Assembly (NCBI GenBank): GCA_016748015.1
Contig: JAAOMT010000586.1
Span: forward strand, 665,483 to 729,482
Origin: Geosiphon pyriformis uo1
Lineage: Eukaryota; Fungi; Glomeromycota
Length of the DNA stretch: 64,000 bases
Direction: 5' to 3'
The notes below the pieces were generated by a model. The model was not told the DNA's origin. It searched no databases and saw nothing but the letters and a program-made list of their open reading frames with translations. Positions 23,365 through 37,541 of the stretch are shown here, in pieces; the stretch's first letter is position 1, and each line of letters begins with the position of its first letter. Position numbers and translations under genes: made by a program.

Positions 23365-26300
23365 GAAAATTTTGATTATCTGAAAAAGAAAAAAAAATCA
23401 TTTAATTAAATTTCTCTTTTTGATGATTTTAAAAGGAAAATAATTGATTTTTGAGGTTAATTGAGGTTCAAACTTGAGAAATTAATTCTTCAAGAGTTTA
23501 CTTCATTAATCATCTTTATAAAATATCATCATTTTTCTCTTTTTCTTTTTCTTCCCATTTCATTTACCTAATTTCTAAACTAAAGAGACCGGATGAACTC
23601 AAATACTTTCGAATCTTGGCCGGGAAAAGCCAATATAAAAAGGTTGGATTACAGATTAATTTTTGTGGTCACCAACTTATTAGCATCGTTGTAACACCAC
23701 TTTGTATCTTGTAATGTAAAATAATCATTAAGTTTGTGATAGCAGTCCAAAGACGAGCGTGATGCACTAAGAACCTTTCAATCTCTAATTGAGGCTTAGA
23801 AGTTAAAAATAGTTTTTCCAAAGTAAATTTTGAAATGTCGTTATGGTAATGAAAATAAATTATAAAACGTTGAATTTTTAACAATTAATTAATTAATTGA
23901 AAACTAAAATAAAAAAACAAATTAGAAATAATCAACAACCATTTTTAATTTAATTAATATTACAATTTATTATTGTTTGTTTATTTTGAATAAAACTTTA
24001 AAAATAAATGCTCAAATTGAAAATTTTGCCTATATTAATAATTTTTACTATTAAAGTTTAAGCTTGTTAATTCAACTATAACAGTACTTTAGTAATTATA
24101 ACAATATTATTAGGCTATAAAAACACTTTAATACTATTAAGCAGAAAAATAGTAAAACAATCACTATTTATTTAGAATGTTTTTATTATTATTTGTGCCA
24201 AATTTAGATTCTAAACCAATTTATTAAAAAATTACACAACATTTTTCAACAAGTAAATTCAACATATTTGACAATTTCTAAATAACAGTTATACTAATCA
24301 AAGATTTTAATCAGCCAAATTTAAAACTAATTATGTTTAAGTAATAAATAAATTATTTAAATTAAATATCAAGCTAAAACAGCTTAATAACAACATTAAT
24401 CAAAAGATTAAAAAGTACTTAATTAATAATTAAATAATATATTAATCTTTATAATATTATAAAAATAATTAAAGCAATAATTATTTTTAAAATTAGCTAT
24501 AATTATTATTTTTTAATTAATTATAGCAGCAAAAAACCTGAATCTGTAATTATTTTTACAAATAAAATCATATTAAGATTAATTATTATTTATAATTATC
24601 TAATTAACAATTAAAAATTCAATATTAAAACTTTGATTATTAATTTTTAATCTTAAATTATAAACTTATAGCTTTATAAAAACAATATTAATTATTCTAA
24701 TATTATATTCTATTCCTAATAAATTTAAAGAGAATTAAAATAAAAAATAAAATTTAACAAAATTAATATTCATAATCAAAAATTATTTTTCAAAGATATA
24801 AAAAACTTGTTTTGAATTTTTAAGTTAACTGTTAATTTTGGCCAAAATATTATTATAAGTAGTTTCTAAATGATTTTATGTAATTAATATTTTTTTAATG
24901 TGTTTTTAATCTTGTTAAGCTTAAGTTTTATTTGTATTTTTGTTGGTATATTAAATATTTTTATTATTGTTTTTATTAATGAAAAAGTGATAGTAAAAAA
25001 AAAAATAATAGCTCTTTTGGTTATTAGTAAAAGACCAGATTATAAAGAAGAAAAGTTTTTAATTTTATTAATCTTAATATCAGTAGATATTATAATATAA
25101 AGCTTAAAGAGTATACTTTTTAGCTTTTTTTAGAATTATAATCTAATTTTTTTATTTTTTCTTTGTTTATTTTGTTTAATTAACTTTTTCTTGTTTTTTA
25201 TTATTTTTTTTTGTTTGTTTTTTTTAGTTAAAAAGCTATTATATATATACATATTTTAAGTTATACATAATTATGCTTATTTTAACTAATTAATAAGTAA
25301 TTGCAAAATTATTGAGCCTTCTATTTAACTATAAGTTCCTTTTGGCTTATTTGTTTATAATCATGTTAAATTAAATATATTTGTGTATGTTTTGTATACT
25401 ATTATGTACATATCATATTTTCTAATTTTATTTATTGATTTGTATTATTTATATTATTATTTAATAATTGGTTAATATATTATAATATTATTATTTTTGA
25501 TTTTTATTAATTTCTATTGAGAAACAACATTTATAAAAACAATATTTTTGTGTCTTATAACCAAAAAACTCAATAAATAAAACTTTAAACAAAACAAATT
25601 TTTAAAGATTAATAAATTAATTTATGACCAAAAATTAATTCAATAAAAACCATCTAGCTTTTATTATCAAATTATAAGTGTTAAATATTATAACTATATT
25701 TATCTGTAATAATATTTATTTTTTATATAATTTTATAATTTTTTAATATTTTAAAAATTTTATTTTATTATATTATTTACTTATTAAACTAAAATCAATT
25801 ATTATTTATTAAAGATAATTAATATTAATATTATAAATAATAATAAAAATAAAAGCTTTATTATTAAAAAATATTTAAAAATCTAATATAAAAAAAATTT
25901 TGAACTTAATAGTACTTAAGTATATTTATTATATTATATTATAAATATAAATAAAATAAAATAAAATAAATATTTTATAAGAAAAAAAATATTTAATTTT
26001 AATTTTGTTTATTTAAGATATAGAATTCTATAATTCTTAATTAAATTAACATAAATAAATTAAAAAATAGAATCCAAATATTTAAATATTTTAATTAATT
26101 CAAGATTTTTTACTATAATAAATAATTATTGGTAATTAATAAACCAAATAGCAATTATATTATAAAGTTTTTTATTATTAATATTAATACCTTTTTTTTT
26201 TCTATATTCTAAATTCTTAAAAAAGTGCATTTTTCCAAAAAAAGTTTTTTTGTATTTGTTTATTTTTTACTATTCAATTAGATACAAAACTGTTAATATT

Positions 26301-26570
26301 AGTAATAGTTTAAATATAAAAGAATCCAAAAAAAAATCTGGTATTAGTTCTGTAATTTTAGATTTGTTTACTAAAAAAAACACAAAATAGTGTTTTAAAA
26401 AAATTTGTTATTGGAAAAACCACTGGTATTTTTCAAGTATTATTTAAATTTGTTAGTTTAGATATTAATAACATTATTAATATAAAAAGTATAAATATAA
26501 ATAAATAGTTTTTTGTAAAAATACCCAGTATTTAACTTAATAATAATAATTAATTAAAGCAAAAAGACAT

Positions 26571-27545
26571 TATTAGTAGAATTTTAATCATTAAGTAACA
26601 TAAAATTACTCTTATAATTTCTATTATTAATTAATATATATTATTATTATTTTTAATTATCACTTATTATTTAATTAAATTATTAAATATTACTATCCAA
26701 TTAATAACTCAATTTATATAATATATAAATTATAATAATTAGATCATATAATACATTAAATTCTATAAAAATTAAAAATTTACTAAAATTTGTAAAATTT
26801 CGTGAAATAATTCAATAATTTACTAAAATAATTTATAGTTTGTAAAAACAATTTGTAGTTTACTAAAATGTACTTTTAGTTTATTAAAATGTTAACAAAG
26901 AAGAAAATACAAGTTTAAAAACTAGTATTACAAGAAGTTATATAAAAAGAAGAGCTTTTTTCTTTAAAAAAATATATCTTACTTTAGAATAATAACTTTA
27001 TTTAGAATTATATTATTTATTTTTACAACTTAATAAAAATTAAAATACTTTAAAAACACAAATTTTTTAACTATTATACTTAAATTTTCCGAAATTTAAC
27101 TAATATATTAAAATTGATTAGCTATTAATTTTAGTAATTCATTAATAATTTCAGGTCTAAACAGAAAACAATTTCTTTAATAGAATTTTTTTTCTTTTAC
27201 GTTTTTTTTATTTTTTATTTATTTATCTTATTATATATATTAAAATAGTTTACAGATAAGATTCTTATAAAAAAATTAACTTTTATAGCAAAATAATTAC
27301 ATATTTTTAATGAGCTTTTAAATAAGCAATTTCTGAGAAAAAGTTGACTTTTATTGCAAAATAACTATATAAGTAATTAACATAAAATTGGCTATTTTAC
27401 TTATAAGTCCAATAGTTTAAATTATAAGAAATAATTTAAAAATAAATTTAATTATTAAAGATTTAATAGTTTTCAATAATAGCAAATTTACAGTAAAACA
27501 ACATTAACAATATTTAAAAAAAGAGATCAAAAACCTCTAATAATA
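26571..27545 (+). repeat. Solo LTR, family A (decayed)
   Basis: Colinear with LTR 60218..61200; 4-bp TSD ACAT at 26567..26570 and 27546..27549. Confidence 0.88.
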
Positions 27546-30429
27546 ACATTAACATAACTTTCAAAAGCCAAAAAAAATTGTTACTAAGTATATACTTAGG
27601 AAATTTCTTAAATAAATCAATTTTAATATTAATAATAATAATAATATTGACTTTTTGGGTGGTTTTCTCTCTTTTTTTTAATATAAATAGTTTTAGAGAG
27701 TCTTTTATTTTTTTAAAATTTAATAGAATTATTTAGGCATTTTTTACTTCAGAAAAAGTGATAATAACTATAGCAAATTTGGCAAATAATTAAGATATTA
27801 TAGTAAATATTAATCTTAAAAAGCTAATAAACAATTGTATAAATTAAAGTGTAATTATAAAAAAAATTTTTGTAAAAACATCTGTAGAGACTATACAAAT
27901 TGTACTTACTAATTTTAGTATAATTAAGTTAATCAAAATACAATTAGTAAGACAATAGCAAAAAACAATCATAAAATTAAATAATTAAAATTAGATTAAT
28001 TTTTTAATCTTTAAATAGTCTATTCTTATTAAAAAAGATACAATCTATATAATAAAAACCAATATTAATAAACATTATAAAATACTAAGAATAAGTTTAA
28101 AACTTTGTTTTATATACTTTTTATAAAAATAAATACTTATAATCTTTAGGATTTTATTGGTTCAATTAATAAAAAATCTGTGTAATTAATCATAATTCTT
28201 TTAATTATATTTATATTAAGTATATTATTATGTATTTTAATTTAAAAAAAAAGTATAATTAAAACAATAGTTATAGTCTTTATTATAAAAGATGTTGTTT
28301 TTTGTTGGTTCTATTTGTTTTTAGTTTGTAATAAACATACTCATATTTTATTTAATTGTAGTTTAATTAATATTAGTATTTAAAAAAAAAAATTTTTTTT
28401 TGATTCTGAACCAGTTTAAGTTGGCTTAAATTTATGCAAAAAAGTCTGCTTTTGTTATCTATTTAGTAGTTTTTAAAAGCAAATTTTGGGCATCTGTTAT
28501 TAACAAATCTTTTTTTAAGTAATTTTTAGTGTTTTTTTGGTTTAATTTTTTAAGTAAAGTTAAATTTCTTTTAATATTTATATATAATATAAAAATACAA
28601 TTTACCAAAATTGAATACAGTCTTGCCAATTTTGTAAAACAAATTAATAAGTTGGTTAAAAAATTAAATACATTTGTATTAATAGTTTTTCAGTTTAACT
28701 CTAAATATTAATTACCAATAATTTTTTTATTACAGAATTAAATAGACAATATAGTAATAAAAAAAGATTTAAGTATGTATATTAGCAGCAAAATTGTAAT
28801 AAAATTGAGTTTTTTAATATCTTTAAATATAATTAAGTTAAAAACTCAAATAAATAGTTTGTTTAGATTAGTTATAAATTTGTTAACAAGATTTAATAGT
28901 TTGGCTTTGACTTAAAGTGTATTTTTTTTCTTATTTTCTTAATGATCAATCTTATTTAAAAGATTGTTATATACAATATTAAAAAAATTAATAATTTTAC
29001 TAAATAAGCAAATATTATTTAGTAATATAAAGAAATAAATAATTTTATTTTAATTATTACTAAAACAAAGTTAAAAAATAAAATTTGACTATAAATTATG
29101 AACAAGTTTGACGAAATTTGGGTCTTTACATTAAGTATTAATTCTAATTATTTGAGTTCTAATATGATTATAATCATGAATAATATTATAACTAAGCATG
29201 TTTACAAAATTTTAAAAATAGTTAATTAACTTTTGTTAATACAACTGCTATTTAAAAATTATTTTTTAGTTTTTATTTTGGGTTTATATATTGATATTAC
29301 TTTAGTAAAAAGACTGATTTAATCTTATAATGTTAATTTAATAATGATTAAGACTTTAAATAATAGTATTTTTGTTGTTTTTTGTAATAAAAATAATACT
29401 GATTATAATACAAATTTTAAAAATTCTTAGATTTGAATTTATTTAATTTATTTAATAATTTTTTTGCTTACAAGCTTTTTATATAATCTAATTTAAAAAA
29501 TATTAATAAATACATAAACTTTGTTTTAATTAAAGATAATCTCTATTGTGTATTTTTTAATTAACTAGTTTATTAAGCTAATAAATTTTTTAATACTGAT
29601 TATTTGGTTATTTTAATTAATATTAGTTTAAAAAAATTTCTTAATTTTTAGTTTAATTTAGTATATAAACAAGTCAACAAAATAAATAAAATTATAAAAT
29701 TAATAATATTAGTAAAAAATTTAAAATAAGTTCAAAAATTTGTCTTTAACTATTGTTTTAGCTATTACTATTAACTTTAAAAATTGCATAAAAAATAATA
29801 ATCTTAATAAAATATAGATGCTGTTTAATTAAATAATGTATTTTGTAGTTAATACTACTTTTTTAAAAACTTGACATTAAAGTAATAGTGTAATTAGATA
29901 TATTGTATGTTTTAAATTTTACAAACTAAAATTGCTAATTTTTAAAAATTTAAAAACATTTAAGTTAAAAAATTCAGATAGGTTTTAAGTATTAATAAAT
30001 AAATAAGTTATATTAGATTTTAATTGTGCTATAAAATTCAAAAAAAAATTTGAAAGTGATTATAGCAAGACTTTAATTAAACAATTACTACTTATTTTAA
30101 AAAAGTTTATAGATTTTATAAGATATTAAAATCTAAAATTGTTGAAGACTTTGATATTAAAACTGTTATTATTAAACATATAAAAACTTTTGCTAATAAT
30201 AAAGGTCAGATAATTAGAAATATGTTGGATTAACTTTTTAAAAAAGTTATATTAGATTATTTGGTCAATAATAATAAATTAGTTTTAAAGTTTGATGTAA
30301 TTAAAAGTAGAATTAATTTTATTATAGAAAATTAAACCAAAAAGCATGCAATTTAATCTAATATTTTATTCAATAATATATTTTTAAATATTATAATGTG
30401 AATTGATTTTAAAAAACTTTTATTAATAT

Positions 30430-31410
30430 TGTTATTAGTAAAATTTTACCATAAATTAACATGAAATTACTCTTATAATTCCTATTATTAATTAACATAT
30501 ATTATTATTGTTTCAATTATTATTTATTATTTAATTTAATTATTAAATATTATTATTCAATTAATAATCTGATTTATATAATATACAATTATAATAAACA
30601 AATTATATAATATACTGAACTCTGTAACATTTAAGAATTTACTAAAATTTGTAGAATTTTGCAAAATAATTTAATAATTTACTAAAATAATTTATAGTTT
30701 ATAGAAACAACTTGTAGTTTACTAAAATATATTTTTAATTTATTAAAATAGTAGCAAAGAGAAAAATACAAGTTTAAAGACTAGTACTATAACAAATTAT
30801 ATAAAAAAAGCTTCTTTTTTTAAGAAAATATATTTTAACTTATTTTAGAATAACAATTAGTTAAAATTATTTTTTACATATTCTTACAAATAGTAATAAA
30901 AATCAAATACTTTAAAAATTCAAAATCTTTTAATTATTTATATTTGAAATTTTCCAAAACCCAACTATTATTTTAAAATTAATTAACTATTAATTTTAGT
31001 AATTTATTAGTGATTTTAAGCCTGAACAAAAAACATTTTTCTTAATAAATTTACATTTTTTTTATATTTTTTTTATTTTATTTTTATTTTTTTATTATAG
31101 ATTATTAAGATAATTTATAAACGAAATTTTTGTAAAAAAGTTGATTTTCACAGCAAAGTAACTACACATTTTTAATAAGTTTTTAGATAAGCAATTTTTG
31201 AAAAAGAGTTGATTTTTACTACAAAGTAATTATATAAGTAATTAATATAGAATTGGCTATTTTACTTATAAGTTTAACAGTTTAAATTATAGAAAATAAT
31301 TTGAAAATAAATTCAGTTATTAAAGGTTTAATTGTTTCTAATCATTAAAAATTAACAGTAAAATAATATTAATAATATTTAAAAAAAAAAACCAAAAATT
31401 TTCAGTAACA
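30430..31410 (+). repeat. Solo LTR, family A (decayed)
   Basis: TGTTA..TAACA termini; colinear with 60218..61200; flanks ATAT/ATAA; the LINE frame resumes across it. Confidence 0.9.
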
Positions 31411-32239
31411 ATAATTAATAATTTTTTTAATAGAAAAATTGTTAGTTTATATGAAATCTTTAATAAATGTAGAAATATTTTAATAAATCTGTTTTGAGTT
31501 TTCTTTTGTGTTTGCTTAATTTGTGTTTAGTTAATAAATTGGTTTTTGATGCCTAAAAAAAGATCTAAGTATTAATAATTTTAAAACTTTATAAATAAGA
31601 AAACATTTTAACAAATATCAAATCCATTGTTTTTGTTGAAACAGTAAAAAAAAATTTTCAAAAATTTTGTTTAATTGAATTTCTGGAGTTTATAGTAAGT
31701 ACAATATTTTAAGAAAAGATAATTTCTTAGTTTTAAAAGGCATTTTAATACAGTCTTTGATTTTTGTTGTTAAATTTGTTATTAAAAATGTTTTAAAAAA
31801 GAGTAGAAAAATTTGGTCAATATTTTAAAACATATATAAAGCATATAACTTAATAAGTTAAATGCATTTAAGCAATAGTTTAAAAAGAATTAAAATATAT
31901 AATAAATATATAAGATTTTTTGGTTATATTTATAATAGCTGTATAAATAAGGTTATAATAAATTTTAGTTTATTAAAAAATTATAGAATCTATGATAATT
32001 TAGATTAAAATGAAGTTTTTTTACCATTTCTTTAAAAGATTTTTTATAATTTTTCTTTATATAAGATAAAATTGTATAAGTTATTGTTTAAATATTACAT
32101 AAATTCTAAATTTATTATTAGAATTAACAGGATTGAATTTAATACAAGTCTGATTTTTTATTTAACTACTAGTATCTTTGTAAATAATATAATTTGAATT
32201 AATAATTACTATATAATAATACAAAATATTTTAAACATT

Positions 32240-34511
32240 TTTTTTTATTATGTTTTAACAAGATGTGCCCAAACACTATCTAATACTATGCACTACTAAG
32301 GGATTACAAATTAGATATAAATCATGCATTTTCTACATGTAGCAAACCACTTGAGTCAGTCAAGGCACTAACTAAGCTAAAACAATAGAAAGTAAGAATA
32401 ATTTCAATCCACAAATTTTTTCAATCACACCATTCAGATTCCTAGAATCAAAATAAACTCACTAAGAAATAATCTAGTAGATTCAACACTACTTCTAACC
32501 TCAGCACCCGACATCTGCTATAAAGCAATAACATGCTCAACAGTATTTTCACTCAAAAAAGAAGGTTTGGCGGTCTGTATATCATCATAATTCATGCCAC
32601 CAAAGTTAATTTCAAATCTAAGACAAGCAATATCCTTAAACACACCAACCAAAAGATTGGCAAAATTGTTAGAAGCATATTTCATAGAAAAAAAATTTTT
32701 CTCTAACTGAACAGTCTTAAAAGCATTATCATTAAGAAGACAAGATACCAAGACAATCAAAGAGCCAATAGGCTCAACAATAGACTTTACCAAAGCAGCC
32801 AAATCCGAAATTTGCTTTTCCAAAGAGTTCAATCTGGACCCAACAGCAGGATCAACAACAGCCACAGGAGGGGCAGAAGCCACCAAAAGAAAAAATTCAG
32901 ACATAACAGGAAGAGCAAATGCCTTAGCATAAGACAAAAAACCAACAAAACATGGTTTGAACATCTTGAGAGCCTTAGGAAAGGGAGATGAAGCAACTTT
33001 ACAGTCTACAGCCAAGTGACCTGTTTCTTGACACCAAAAACAACACCAACAATTAAGAGTCTTCTACCAGATATGGCACTTTCTAAGCATACCAGTTTTG
33101 GCAACAGCAAGGTTCAAATCAGCTTAGAAGCCAAATGTAACTAAAACAAAGTGGAGACAATGACCAGAATCAGGAGATTGAAGAATAAAACAAGACCAGC
33201 CACCAACCTGAAAAATCATATTACTGATTTCAAAGACAGTACAGCCAGGAGGAAGGTTGACCAACTTGGCCTTAAACTTATCATAAGACAAAATAGTCTT
33301 ATTTTGATTCACCAAGAGAAAGATTCTAACACTATCTCTGCCCACCAATACTGACCAATGATTTAAAGCTAACATAGCAGAATCTAACTTCTTAAAATGA
33401 ACCACCACATATTGCCAAATGCTAGCAGACTTCAGTACAACATAAATAACCATACCAAAAACACTAAGAGCTGTCTTAATGTTAGCAGCAAACACACCCA
33501 AAGGCACATCATACAGCACAACAACAGCAGAAGGGGATCCAGACTCAGAAATCATCAAAGACTTAACAATTTTAAGAGTGGCAAGATAAACAGAACTTGT
33601 AAGCTCAACTAAAAACACAGCATCTAAAAAGGTTTGAGAAGCAAATTCCACACAAAAAAGTTTCACATTGTCTTTTGAAACAGATTTAGCACCCAAAAAA
33701 CCATGTACAAACTGAAAAACAGTCTTAACATAAGCCAATTTGATTTTAAAAGTAGCACCAGGCACCAGAGTGGAGGCCACCAACCAGCAAACTTTTGATG
33801 ACTAGTAATAATTTCCCAAGCACCACTAGAAGTAGCACCAGAAACTAGAGAAAAAGATGATTCAGTTTCTATTTGATCAGTCCAGTTCTCAAGAACAGGT
33901 GATCCAACAGGAGAAGATTGTTTTGCTTTTAAAACCAGCAATAATCTGCTGGAAGATACCACATTTGGCAACACAGCCAGTGGTTGATCTAAGCCCATCT
34001 TAAACAACATACCAAATGATGCTATGGAGATCTCATTTAAGATCTTATTAAAAACCACAAAGAGATTTGGTGTAACAATAGCAAAGGCAAGCGACTGTCC
34101 CCACTTTTCTGAACTTTTGGTCTTTTTGACCATTTTTTTTGAAAAAATGATGCTAGAAGCATTAGGTGTTGAATCTATAAAAGAGAAAACCAGCTTATTT
34201 ACTGGTCTATTATCAAGGTGGAAACAACACTGGGACTAATCCAAGTGTGTCTCTTTAAGAGAACTTTGACTGGTGAGAAACCAGCCAAAAATGAGAAAGT
34301 TGCTTCAGTGACTACCAAAGGCAGCTTATCACAATTACTGGATAGAGGAAAGACTTCTAAAACGTTCTGCCTAGTTGTTTCCACAACAGAGAGAACTCCT
34401 CTGGTTGAAATTTTATTAGATATTTCAGAACAAATATCAGGTGCAGCTTTTTTACTCTTTGCTCTGGTTGTGATCATAAAATTAAGGAAACAAAAAGTTT
34501 TTGGATTTTTT
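32240..34511 (-). mobile_element. ORF1-only non-autonomous non-LTR element (HAL1-like), copy 2, 2.27 kb
   Basis: 11-bp TSD TTTTAAACATT at 32229..32239 and 34512..34522; poly(A); LINE-like 3' UTR; single ORF1-like frame, no endonuclease or RT. Confidence 0.88.
32372..34477 (-). pseudogene. ORF1-like protein (~700 aa; CCHC knuckle, putative RRM-like and coiled-coil regions), disrupted
   Basis: Fragments 34199..34477, 33663..34133, 33124..33783 and 32518..33015. Knuckle CFWCQETGHLAVDC at ~33000..33045. LVNLPPGCTVFEI..GG.SCFI aligns to LINE ORF1 LYMLLVGITAYNL..GEKTCII. Confidence 0.8.
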
Positions 34512-36927
34512 TTTTAAACATTGTTAATAAATTCTTTACTATAATAGATATTTTAATTAATTTAAACAAAATAGGAGCTATTTTAATTAATTTTAAAGCT
34601 AATAATATTTTTTTGAATATAAATGAATTTCTAATTGCAATTTCAAAAATTAACAAAATTTATTAATATCTAGATATTTTTTTGTTAACTAAAAGTTTTT
34701 TAGATTTAAGTTTAAAAAAAGTAAATATAAATATGAAATTTTTTTATTTATAGTCTTATACAAAACTATATTAAATAAACAATTTTTGTTTTTGGTTTTT
34801 GTTATATTACAATTTATTATTGAATATAGAACTTAATTTAGCTTTATTAATAAGAGTTTGTCTAATAAATAAAATTGTTTAATTAAAAAAAAGTTAAAAT
34901 TAAAAGCCAGTTGTTTAGAAACTTTTTAATAAAACTATTTTTATATAATTTAAAACTTTTTTTTCAAGTTCAAACTAAAAAAAAGTGGTATCTGTAATTT
35001 GTTTTATTAATATAAAGAGAATTTTTAATTAGTTTTTAGGCACAAATTATTGAATTTACAATATTAAATTGAGTTTCTTATAATCTTCTCTAATTTTTTG
35101 TCAAATTAAAAGTTAATTTTATAGACAATTTTTTTATTGGTATTTTAAAAAAATTTTTAAACAATAAAATCTTCTTGGCTAATAATATGTTCAATGCTTT
35201 TTATTCCAAATATAGTATTTTTGTGATAAATGTTCTGAGTTGTTCAAAGTATTTTCGGATTTTTAGATTTTTAAAATATTTTAACATAGTTTTTGTAAAT
35301 CAGTTATTAAATAATTAAGAAAAGTGTTTTATTTAGAAAAATTTTTGTTATTGAAAGTAATTAAATTTTAGATTTAGATTCTTTTTGGTTTATGCATATT
35401 ATAAATTTTATCAAGAATAATAATATGATTAAGACTTTTTTACTTACTATTAAGCATTTTTCTAAAGTAAAAATATTTAATACAAATAATTTTAATGTTG
35501 TTTAGTTTAGCTTAAAAGATGTATTTTTGTCTAATATTTTAATTTACATAAATAGTTCTATTAAAAACTTTTACTTTTTTAGTACTATTAATAGTATAGC
35601 TGTTTACTTTTTTAATTTAAATTTGGGTTTAGATATAAAGATTTATGATTTATTGTCTTCAATTTTGGCTAAATTGTAAACTGTTGTGTTAATTCTTAAA
35701 TATATTCTAATATCTTTTAAAGTTACAATTTTTTTAAATAATCAGACTGTTTTAAATATATATTAGACTGAATTAAAATTAATGACTTCTAATTTTTATA
35801 ACAAATATTGAATAAAATACTATTATATCAATAATTTAATTAGGAACAAAAATATTTCAGTTAATAAAATCAAAATAAAAAATTATTCTGGTATAATAAA
35901 CAATAAGTGTACTAATATATTAGTAAACTAAACTATCTTTTTAAAACTTATTTTTTCTGTATATATTAAAAAAAAATTTGATAATAAAAAGTATAATGGT
36001 TTTTAACAATGCCTGGCATTTTATTAAATCAATAAACAATATTGTAAAACGTTTTTAATAAAAGATTAAACTTAATTTTAGAGTAATAGATTTATTTTTT
36101 ATTAGTAGCATCAATTAATATTATACAGTTTTAGTTTAATACTCTAATTCTTATATAATAGCTAAATTTATGAATTTATTGCTGGCTTGTATGTATTTGA
36201 TAAAAATTATACATAAATAATTGTCTCTAACAGTTAAAAAATATTTATATAACTGCAATTACTTAAATATATTATATATATATTATGATAAAATAGAGTT
36301 TTTAAATTATAGTTTTGTTTATAATTCAGATTTTTTTGCTTAGTAAAATCTGTTAAATAATAAATTTTTTTTTGAATATTTTTGATTAATATTAAATTAA
36401 TATTGTCTGTTGTTTTTTAATCTTGGCTTTGAGTATTTCTAATATTAGTTTATATACAATTTTATATAAGAGCTTTGTGTTTAAAAATTGATTAATAAAA
36501 GTCAAAACTTTTTTTAAAGATACTAAACTAGTCATTTTAAAGTTGGTTAATTTTGTATAAAACTTGGTTATTAGTTACAAAAAGTGTATATAATTGCCTA
36601 ATTTAAAGCTTTAAGTAAAAATAAATTATATAAAATTATTAAAAAAGAATAATTTAATAGTAAATATCATATAAAGTTTTCTTATAAGGATATTAAATAA
36701 AGTTATATGTTTGTTAAGAATTATAAAAATTTATGCTATTAGTTTTGATTTACAGATTAAATATATGTTTTTTGTTAATATAATTAGAAAAGTTTCTATT
36801 AATATAATTACATAATTTTGTCTTGTTTAACTAAATAATTAGTTATATATAATAAGTACATAAATTATATTTAATTTAGAACTTTAAATAGTTGTATTAT
36901 ATTAAATAATAATTGAATTTTACTTAA

Positions 36928-36977
<50 letters not shown>
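36928..36977. repeat. Perfect 50-bp AT palindrome, (AAT)n followed by (ATT)n, at the LINE tail
   Basis: Direct reading; centre between 36952 and 36953. Confidence 0.93.
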
Positions 36978-37541
36978 GTAGTTATTACAAAAAATTAAAG
37001 CAGTTTTTTAGTTAGATTAACCAAAAAATAGTAATTTTATTTGTTAAAACATTTTTTTAATTAACTTATAATTTTTTTAAATCTTTTGTTTTTTTATGAT
37101 ATATTTCTGTTGTAATATATACTGTTTAGTAAAAATTTCTAAATAACACCATAAAAATTTGGTAGTTTTTATAATTTTATAAAAAAATAATTTATGAATA
37201 TATTTTAAAACTATATATATAACTGTTTTTTTTTGTTTATTTAAACTTATTAAAATAATTTTATATCTTATTTTAAAATTTATATTTACTAAAAATATTA
37301 ATATTTGAACTATTTAAGTTATTAAATTTTGTTATTTTAGATTTTAAATATTTAATAATATTAAATAATAAATTTATTTTGATAAATTAAAAAGCAAAGT
37401 TGTTATATATGTTTAGTTTTATATATTTTTTAATTAATTATAGTAATTAAACAAAATAATAATTAATAAACAAATAATACAAAATATATATTTTTTTAAT
37501 TATTTATAAATTTATAATTATTATTAATAATTTTAATCCAG

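Larger units (their letters stand above)
26190..36952 (+). mobile_element. Old full-length LINE, heavily decayed, interrupted by two solo LTRs and one HAL1-like element
   Basis: ORF1 remnants (LA-IYAKKSA at ~28420), ORF2 start ATGATCAAT at 28942 with IITKTKL, RT remnants 31540..32230, RNase H at ~35540..35900, 3' UTR at ~36820..36925 and an (AAT)n tail. 5' end approximate. Confidence 0.85.

Noticed and set aside
16830-24900. Possible inverted repeats flanking the gene island (16900..17270 vs 23900..24230), implying gene capture by a DNA transposon
   Set aside because: The similarity is weak and expected by chance in such AT-rich DNA; no clear TIR, TSD or transposase.
23900-26190. AT-rich stretch with short ORF 24900..25100
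   Set aside because: Probably decayed TE, but no family or protein motif could be assigned; the ORF is a compositional artefact.
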